A stretch of 63,412 nucleotides of DNA, taken from NCBI GenBank assembly GCA_964644835.1, contig CAZXXW010000002.1, positions 1 through 63,412 of the forward strand, in the 5' to 3' direction. Within the stretch, counting starts at the first letter, position 1. Each line of letters begins with the position of its first letter. The position numbers and the translations under genes were made by a program. This DNA comes from an uncultured Anaerolineales bacterium. Its GTDB lineage: Bacteria > Chloroflexota > Anaerolineae > Anaerolineales > UBA11858. Shown piece by piece: positions 57,180-63,412 of this stretch. The notes below the pieces were generated by a model. It did not search any database, was not told the DNA's origin, and saw only the letters and a program-made list of their open reading frames with translations.

Positions 57180-58058
57180 ATGACCGAAACCGTTGATTCC
57201 TATCGCTTTGTCAGCCGGGCGACCAAACGCGTGCTCAAATCCTGGATCAAGCTGGAAGTGCCGCGCCCGATCCCCTGGAAGCCATTGTCCAAGCCGCTTT
57301 CAGAATGCACCGTAGCGCTAATTAGCTCCGGGGGAATCGCTCTCAAGAATAAGCCCTTCGATCAGGCGTTTGAACGCCAAGACCCCTGGCGCGGCGATCC
57401 CTCCTATCGGGTCATCCCCCGCACGGCCAAAACCGAAGTCATCGGCGTGTACCACCTGCACATCAACCCTGCCTTTGGCGAAGAGGACATCAACTGCCTC
57501 CTGCCCATCGAACATCTCAACACCCTGGAAGCGGAGGGGGAAATCGGGCGTTCCGCGCCGTCGCATTACAGCTACATGGGCTACACCGTCGATCCCGGGC
57601 AACTGCTGGCCGAGAGCGTGCCCGCCATGATCAAGAAAATGCAAGACGAGCACGTCGATGTGGTCGTCCTGGTGCCCGCTTGACCGATCTGCAACTGGTC
57701 CGTTGGACTGGTTCAACGAACGATCGAAGCGGCCGGGATCACGACGATCACGCTGTCCAATATGCCTGAGGTGACCGCCTCGGTCAGCGTGCCTCGAATC
57801 GTCGCAGTGGAACATCCTTTTGGCATGCTGATGGGCCAGCCGGGTGATGACCAAAATCAGATCGCGCTGTTGCGAGCCGTGTTCGCCAGCCTGGAGACAA
57901 TGGAAACGCCGGGAAGCATCGATCACCTTCCGGCCACAGTCCCCGACTCCTTCGATCTTGATCAAGCCCATCCACCGGAGCCGCCGCCCCTGACCAAGCA
58001 TCTCACCCGTCATCCTTTGCAATTCCGCAATTTGCTCAACCGTGACGTCCCCAACTAG
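57180..58058 (+). CDS. GrdB/PrdB-family-like reductase component with in-frame UGA (probable selenocysteine at 57681-57683)
   Basis: AGGAG 8 nt before the ATG at 57180. Track ORFs 57153..57683 and 57762..58058 share a frame, separated by one TGA plus 26 sense codons. The junction reads VVLVPA-U-PICNWSVGLVQRTIEAAGITTITL. Confidence 0.65.
57693..57713 (+). promoter_or_regulatory. candidate bacterial SECIS hairpin
   Basis: AACUGGUCC-GUU-GGACUGGUU (9 bp including 2 G-U) starts 9 nt after the UGA. Confidence 0.4.
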
Positions 58059-58153
58059 GATGACAACTTCCAATTGTCGTATATAATCAGAACAAGCAAA
58101 CTTCTGTAATGGTCAGAAAAAATCTTGACAACAAGGGGTCAATATTTTCCATA

Positions 58154-58201
58154 AGGAATCCAGGAATGGAAGAAGGAAAATTCAAGGTTTCCTGAATTCC
58201 T
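58154..58201. repeat. long hairpin H1 upstream of cotH
   Basis: AGGAATCCAGGAA, 22 nt loop, TTCCTGAATTCCT (12 of 13 bp). Homologous to H2. Confidence 0.6.
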
Positions 58202-58267
58202 AAGAAAACACAGTCATTTGTTGATGATTACAGAAGAGGCTAATTACTTTCGTTGGAGCCGAGAGTC

Positions 58268-59926
58268 ATGAAACAAGCCTGGCAGGATCGAGACTGGCTG
58301 CGTATCGTCGAAATCGCCATCATCGCACTCTTCGTGGTCAGTGCGCTGGTTTGGATTGTTCTCAGCGTATCGTCGGCTCCTGCGGCAACCCCATCCCAAA
58401 ATGCTTCCCATCTCCAAGTTTATGCTTATGCCCTGCCCCACCGCGGCTGGGCGCCCTTGACGGTTTATTTCAGCGCCTACGGCAGTCACGCCACCACGGG
58501 GGAGATCGTGCGCTACCAATGGGACTTGGACGGCAACGGCTCTTTCGAGACGGATGCCACCGCCGAGGGGGGCTACGCCTCCTATGTTTACACCAAGCCG
58601 CGCCAGTACACCATCACGGTCAAAGTCACGGGTGAACAGGGGGAGACCGCCACGGCCAGCGTGCTGGTGGATGTGATGCATCCAGCCTCCAGCAATGTCG
58701 ATTACTGGACGGTCTTCGACCAGAACAAAGTCCGCAAAATCGAAGTGCGGCTGACCCAGGCCAACTGGGACGCGATGATGGCCGAACCGGAGGCCAAACG
58801 GATGGTTCCGGCCAACGCGGTCGTTTTCGGCGAAACGGTCTCCCAAATTGGGATCAGTCCCAAGGGCAACAGCACCTTGTGGTTTCCGGGCGACAAGAAA
58901 CCTTTCAAGCTTGATTTCAACGCCTATATTCCGGAGCAGGAATACAGCAACCTGAAGATGCTGCTCTTGCATAACAACTTTGGCGATGCCTCCATGCTGC
59001 GCGAAAAAATGGCCTATGACATGATGCAGTTCGCCGGAGTCCCCGGCGGATTCACCTCCTACGTCGAGCTGTGGGTCGATATCACCGACGATGAGAATCC
59101 ATCCGATTTTGTCGGCGTCTACACGATGGTCGAGCGGCCAGACCGCAAATACCTGGGTAATCGATTCGGACGCGAGAACGACAACGGTAATCTGTACAAA
59201 GCCGATGCCTGGTTCGAGGAGGGCGCCGCCGATCTGGCCTATTACGGCGAAAACATCGAAAATTATCCCAAGCCGCGCGGCGAGTTAGCCTACGCCTTGA
59301 TGTATAAAGACCCCAGCGAAGCCGATTACAGCGACATCATCAATTTGTGTTACGTCATCGACGGCGTCGAATATGCGACGCCCGAAGACTTCGCCCAAGC
59401 CCTGGAAGAAGTCTTCAACGTGGATACTTTCTTGCGCTATCTGGCTGTGATTTTCCTCAACATCAACTTCGATCAATACCCCGACACGGGCAATAACTAC
59501 TATCTTTACAACAACCCTGGCAGCGGAAATTTCGAATGGATCGCCTGGGACATGGGCAACTCCTGGGGCATGTTCGGTGGTGATGCCACCCACCCCATCT
59601 TCGGCACGGAGCAAAGCCTGGGACCGCTGCAATACCGCCCCCTGTTCACCAATGTTTTCCAGGTCGAATCATACCGACAGACCTATCAAGCTTATTTAGA
59701 CTTGCTCATCCGCAACTATTACAACGAAGAGAATATCGCCGCGTTGGCTCGACGCTGGCACAGCATGGTCAAGCCGCGCCTGTATGAAGGCAACGGCGAC
59801 AAGATGTATTTTGGTCCCTCGTCACAGGCCACCCTTGAAGAATTTGATCAGGGTCTAGAAGCAATCGTTGATCTGACCAAACGACGCGCCGAGTATGTCC
59901 AGGGCGTTTTGCAGCAGAATCCGTGA
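58268..59926 (+). CDS. cotH: CotH-family atypical kinase with N-terminal anchor and PKD-like domain
   Basis: ATG at 58268. TM helix, PKD-like WDLDGNGSFETD..YTITVKVTGEQGETATASV, and CotH core KLDFNAY..LLLHNNFGDASMLREKMAYDMM..YTMVERPD..GNLYKA. Confidence 0.85.
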   Translation: MKQAWQDRDWLRIVEIAIIALFVVSALVWIVLSVSSAPAATPSQNASHLQVYAYALPHRGWAPLTVYFSAYGSHATTGEIVRYQWDLDGNGSFETDATAEGGYASYVYTKPRQYTITVKVTGEQGETATASVLVDVMHPASSNVDYWTVFDQNKVRKIEVRLTQANWDAMMAEPEAKRMVPANAVVFGETVSQIGISPKGNSTLWFPGDKKPFKLDFNAYIPEQEYSNLKMLLLHNNFGDASMLREKMAYDMMQFAGVPGGFTSYVELWVDITDDENPSDFVGVYTMVERPDRKYLGNRFGRENDNGNLYKADAWFEEGAADLAYYGENIENYPKPRGELAYALMYKDPSEADYSDIINLCYVIDGVEYATPEDFAQALEEVFNVDTFLRYLAVIFLNINFDQYPDTGNNYYLYNNPGSGNFEWIAWDMGNSWGMFGGDATHPIFGTEQSLGPLQYRPLFTNVFQVESYRQTYQAYLDLLIRNYYNEENIAALARRWHSMVKPRLYEGNGDKMYFGPSSQATLEEFDQGLEAIVDLTKRRAEYVQGVLQQNP

Positions 59927-59995
59927 CACCAAGAGACATCTACCGCCGAGAAAAACCATTTCTAGGAATTTTGCGGTTTTCAAACTTCACCTTTT

Positions 59996-60050
59996 TGATC
60001 AGGAAGGCAGGAATACAAGAAAAAATCAAGGATTCCTGGCTTCCTGATCA
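59996..60050. repeat. long hairpin H2 between cotH and the DUF4956 gene
   Basis: TGATCAGGAAGGCAGGAAT, 17 nt loop, ATTCCTGGCTTCCTGATCA (18 of 19 bp). Confidence 0.6.
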
Positions 60051-60066
60051 GTACATGGAGACACCG

Positions 60067-61419
60067 ATGAAAAAACAATCCATCTTACAAATCATTGCGC
60101 TCATCCTCGTTATCGCCGTGCTTTTCCTCCCGGCGGTTGGCGTTCTCGCCCAGGAGGGATTCTTCACCGAAACCTTCGATGAAGAATCCCTGCCCGGCTG
60201 GGAGCGTTCCGAAAAGGCCGTCGTCCAGGATGGCGTTTTGAAGATCAGCCCCGGAAACTTCGCCGTCAAATTCGGCGACTACGGCGACGCCACCATCAGC
60301 GTCAAGGTCAAGCGCGGCGGGCCGGGCATTGTATTTGTCCGCTACGCCATGAGCGATGAAGCCAGTTACGCCGTCATCATGGTCGAAGATGCAATCATCC
60401 TGGAAAAAACGCTTGGCGAGCAGCCCCAAGAACTGGGCAGCTATGATGGCATCAACTCCACCCAAGAGTGGATGGAACTAAAAATAACCCACAGCGGCGG
60501 CAGCCATGAGATCTTTCTCGACGGCGAGTCGCTCATCACCGCTACCGATGAAGAACCTTTACAGGGAGGTGGGATCGGTTTCTGGGTAGATGGCGAGTCC
60601 GCGGCCGAATTCGACGATCTGAGCGTCTCCCCCGTTGTGACCGAGGAAGAACCTTCCGGAGGGGAAGAGGCTGCCGCCTCCGTGGAGCAGCCTACCGCGC
60701 CCGCAACCCCCGCAGCGGATGCGGTCTCCACGCCGCTCAGCGTCAGCGATCTGATCGACGAGTTAGCCAGCAGCCAGGCCAACCCCACCGAATTGACTAC
60801 TTTCATCGTCAATCTGCTGCTCTCGGTGATCCTGTCCTACATTTTGAGCCGAGTGTACGTCCATTGGGGCTCATCGCTCTCCAACCGGCGACGCTTTGCA
60901 GCCAACTTCATCCTTATCACCGTGACGACCACGTTCATCATCCTGGTGGTGCGTTCCTCCGTAGCGCTGTCCCTCGGTTTGGTTGGTGCTCTCTCGATCG
61001 TCCGTTTTCGCGCCGCCATCAAAGAGCCGGAAGAACTGGCCTATCTCTTCTTTGCCATCGCCATTGGGATCGGATTGGGCGATAACCAACGCCTGATCAC
61101 GGTCATCGCCCTGGCCGTGGCCATCCTAATCCTGGGTGTGATGCGCCTGTTCCGCGGCCGCCAGGCGGATTTCAACTTGCACGTCACCGTCGCCAGCCAC
61201 AACCCTGCCAAGGTCGAGCTGGAAGAGATCCTTGCCGCCCTGAAACCGCACTGCGCTCAGGTCAAACTCGTTCGTTTTGATGACTCTGGCGACGCGCTGG
61301 AAAGCTCGTTCCTGGTCGAGTTCAGAAATATAGCCAAGCTCAAAGAAGCCAAAGCCGCCCTGCGCGGCTTGTCAAACTCGCTGGAAATTACCTTTTTAGA
61401 CAACAAGGGCATCTGGTAA
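60067..61419 (+). CDS. DUF4956-type membrane protein with N-terminal jelly-roll (DUF1080-like) ectodomain
   Basis: GGAG 6 nt before the ATG at 60067. Signal/anchor, ectodomain FTETFDEESLPGWERSEKAVVQDGVLKI..FDDLSV, and C-terminal LLLSVILSYILSRVY..GALSIVRFRAAIKEPEELAYLFFAIAIGIGLG. Confidence 0.8.
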   Translation: MKKQSILQIIALILVIAVLFLPAVGVLAQEGFFTETFDEESLPGWERSEKAVVQDGVLKISPGNFAVKFGDYGDATISVKVKRGGPGIVFVRYAMSDEASYAVIMVEDAIILEKTLGEQPQELGSYDGINSTQEWMELKITHSGGSHEIFLDGESLITATDEEPLQGGGIGFWVDGESAAEFDDLSVSPVVTEEEPSGGEEAAASVEQPTAPATPAADAVSTPLSVSDLIDELASSQANPTELTTFIVNLLLSVILSYILSRVYVHWGSSLSNRRRFAANFILITVTTTFIILVVRSSVALSLGLVGALSIVRFRAAIKEPEELAYLFFAIAIGIGLGDNQRLITVIALAVAILILGVMRLFRGRQADFNLHVTVASHNPAKVELEEILAALKPHCAQVKLVRFDDSGDALESSFLVEFRNIAKLKEAKAALRGLSNSLEITFLDNKGIW

Positions 61420-61424
61420 ATTCG

Positions 61425-62117
61425 ATGAATGCTGATTTGCCCAGCCGTGAATACCGCTACGAGCGCAAGTTTTTCGTCGATCAACTGGATGCTCCTCAGG
61501 TAATTGCCCTGTTGAAGCACCATCCGGCCATGTTCGCCGAGATTTATCCGCCCCGTTACATCAACAACATCTATATGGACACACCCTGGATGGAAAACTA
61601 CTTCGACAACGTCGCCGGGCTGACCGAACGGAGAAAGGCGCGCCTGCGCTGGTATCATGATTTGTTTCGGCAGGTTGATGCTCCCCAGTTGGAGTTCAAG
61701 ATCAAGCGCGGGTTAGTCGGAACCAAGCTGCAATACCCGTTCCCGGCTTTTTCCTTTGGAGCAGGTTTCAATCAAGAAAGATTCGCCCAGATCATTCGGG
61801 AGGCAGACCTCCCCCAGGATGTAGTCAATCATCTCTTATCTTTGGAGCCGGTTTTGGTCAATCGGTACAAACGCTGGTACTTCGCCACACCCGACCGCGC
61901 TTTTCGCGTCACGATCGATATGGACCTGACCTTTTATCATCTCAACAAGTTCAGCAATCGTTTTCTGTATAAACAGATTAATCACCACAGCATCGTCGTC
62001 GAGTTGAAGTATCAAGTTGAGCATGATCCCCAAGCCAGCCGCATCACCGCCGGATTTCCTTTCCGGATGACGCGCAGCTCCAAGTATGTGCAAGGTATTG
62101 AGCGTGTCTATCTTTAA
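61425..62117 (+). CDS. VTC-domain (polyphosphate-polymerase-like, CYTH/TTM fold) protein
   Basis: YRYERKFFV..YINNIYMDT..RKARLRWY..EFKIKRG..FRVTIDMDL..VVELKY. Lies 5 nt after the DUF4956 gene. Confidence 0.8.
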   Translation: MNADLPSREYRYERKFFVDQLDAPQVIALLKHHPAMFAEIYPPRYINNIYMDTPWMENYFDNVAGLTERRKARLRWYHDLFRQVDAPQLEFKIKRGLVGTKLQYPFPAFSFGAGFNQERFAQIIREADLPQDVVNHLLSLEPVLVNRYKRWYFATPDRAFRVTIDMDLTFYHLNKFSNRFLYKQINHHSIVVELKYQVEHDPQASRITAGFPFRMTRSSKYVQGIERVYL

Positions 62118-62223
62118 AAGTCCGATTTTGCGACAAGACGAGACGCTCATGCTCTTTCGACGAGCGTCTTCTTGGTATACAATCAAGATCACTTATCGGT
62201 ACCTATTGGACTTGGAGTGCGTG

Positions 62224-62844
62224 ATGACCTTTCTCTTATTCCTTCTCGAAGTTGTCTTCATCTCCCTCTCTGGCGTGATGGCTCCGGGGCCGATTACGGC
62301 GGTGGCGGTGGGCAAAGGCAGCGAAAAACCGGCCGCCGGGGCCTGGGTCGCCGTGGGACACGGCATCGTCGAGATTCCCTTAATGATCGCGGTTTACTTC
62401 GGCGTGGGACATCTCTTCAAAGCTGACAGCGTCAAAGCCGCCATCGGCATCTTGGGCGGTGCGTTCGTCGTCTGGATGGGCGTGGGCATGCTCCGCAGCA
62501 TCCGCCAGGATGCCGTCCAGCCCGGTGATGAGTTCCGTTCCCCTCTGCTCGCCGGAATTGTGTTGAGCGCGGGGAATCCCTACTTTCTGATCTGGTGGGT
62601 GACCGTTGGCGCCGCCTTGATTCTCCGGTCGGTCGAGTTTGGGCTTCTCGGTTTTGTCGCTTTTGCCGCTGGCCACTGGCTCTGTGACCTGCTGTGGGAT
62701 TCCTTTTTATCGGTGCTTTCTTTCAAAGGGGGACAATTCTTCGGCAAGCGCTTCCAGCAAGCCATTTTTATGCTCAGCGGGGCCATGCTTCTCTTCTTCG
62801 GGGGGCAGTTGGTCTGGAACAGCGTAGCGGGATTGTTCGTCTAA
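62224..62844 (+). CDS. LysE/RhtB-family amino-acid exporter
   Basis: ATG at 62224 (MTFLLFLLEVVFISLSGVMAPGPITAV..NPYFLIWW). Confidence 0.85.
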   Translation: MTFLLFLLEVVFISLSGVMAPGPITAVAVGKGSEKPAAGAWVAVGHGIVEIPLMIAVYFGVGHLFKADSVKAAIGILGGAFVVWMGVGMLRSIRQDAVQPGDEFRSPLLAGIVLSAGNPYFLIWWVTVGAALILRSVEFGLLGFVAFAAGHWLCDLLWDSFLSVLSFKGGQFFGKRFQQAIFMLSGAMLLFFGGQLVWNSVAGLFV

Positions 62845-62853
62845 GGAGGGTTC

Positions 62854-63264
62854 ATGAATATCTGGTTCTTGCTCAAACTATATACAGCGACCTTGGTCGC
62901 CTTCTTGATCATCGACCTAACCTGGTTAGGGCTGATTGCGCGCGATTTTTACGCCAAGCATCTTGGCCATTTGATGGCAGCCCAGACGAATTGGCCTGCG
63001 GCAATCGTGTTCTATCTGCTGTTTGTGCTTGGGTTGATCATTTTCGCGGTTCTGCCAGGATTGGAAGCTGATTCCTTACCCAACGCATTACGTTGGGGCA
63101 TGCTGTTCGGCTTTTTCACCTATGCCACCTACGATCTGACCAATTTAGCCACCCTGCGAGATTGGCCCGTACTGCTGACCATCGTTGATATTGCCTGGGG
63201 CGTGATTCTGGCGACCAGCGTGAGCGCCATCGGTTTTTGGATCGGTAGTTGGATGGCGCCATAA
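62854..63264 (+). CDS. DUF2177 membrane protein
   Basis: LVAFLIIDLTWLGLIARDFYAKHLG..YATYDLTNLATLRDWP. Confidence 0.7.
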   Translation: MNIWFLLKLYTATLVAFLIIDLTWLGLIARDFYAKHLGHLMAAQTNWPAAIVFYLLFVLGLIIFAVLPGLEADSLPNALRWGMLFGFFTYATYDLTNLATLRDWPVLLTIVDIAWGVILATSVSAIGFWIGSWMAP

Positions 63265-63304
63265 GCGGAATTGTAAAAGAATCCTTAATCTCGGCATGAT
63301 GCGC

Positions 63305-63332
63305 TTGACATTTGCCTGCCGAGTTTTATAAT
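63305..63332 (+). promoter_or_regulatory. consensus sigma-70 promoter
   Basis: TTGACA (63305-63310), 16 nt spacer, TATAAT (63327-63332). Confidence 0.6.
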
Positions 63333-63337
63333 AGCTA

Positions 63338-63412
63338 CAAGTGTAAAAAATCGCGATGACCGGGACGAGTATCCGGCACGGCGCCGACAGAAAAAGGAGA
63401 TCACTGGCTGAG
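63338..63412 (+). promoter_or_regulatory. probable 5' part of a T-box leader (truncated by window end)
   Basis: GCGAUGACCGGGACGAGUAUCC..GACAGAAAAAGGAG..GGCUGAG parallels the Stem I start of the ileS leader (GUGAUGGAAACGAGUAAG..CUGAAAGCG..GGUGUGAG). Confidence 0.4.

Noticed and set aside
58244-58972. 242-aa minus-strand ORF overlapping the cotH 5' half.
   Set aside because: Antisense artefact; the CotH frame has PKD and CotH motifs.

Overview
Densely coded, moderately GC-rich bacterial chromosomal window (GC not computed). Gene content, T-box control of ileS and the dispersed PSPxGxG-type hairpin repeats suggest a Chloroflexota (Anaerolineae-like) genome; this is inference only. Most genes are housekeeping. 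They include a NarL-type two-component operon, nfo plus a UDG-family glycosylase, yqeY-pgpH-ybeY-dgkA, HIT, mtaB, ileS, ilvE and an aroH-aroF-tyrA operon. Further along are methylmalonyl-CoA mutase and epimerase, rpsB-tsf-pyrH-frr-uppS-cdsA, glpX, metK, trxA, RNase J, pcm, an M42 peptidase, two GT-C-type membrane glycosyltransferases, a cysQ-like gene, rimO, a dipeptidase, mutY, an M1 peptidase, a phosphoesterase and a rhodanese. No rRNA, tRNA or CRISPR array was seen. Recognisable cis-regulatory RNAs are a T-box leader on ileS, a SAM-I riboswitch on metK and the start of a second T-box-like leader at the window end. The findings I rate highest are listed here. (1) A Phe/Tyr-rich 28-codon leader peptide with terminator and antiterminator lies in front of the aroH-aroF-tyrA operon. 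(2) A GrdB-like ORF is interrupted by one in-frame TGA (UxxC) with a SECIS-like hairpin. (3) A CotH kinase / DUF4956 / VTC-domain cluster has two homologous long hairpins in front of its first two genes. (4) A RAYT-type HUH transposase gene is flanked by, and contains, palindromic REP-like sequences, and at least five families of about 90-160 nt MITE/REP-like elements occupy intergenic regions. Two families show target-site duplications, and one copy splits a decayed Phd/YefM-type antitoxin gene. (5) A 735-nt trxA-rnj intergenic region has a consensus promoter and two intrinsic terminators (sRNA or long structured leader). All family assignments come from reading motifs by eye; no database search was possible.
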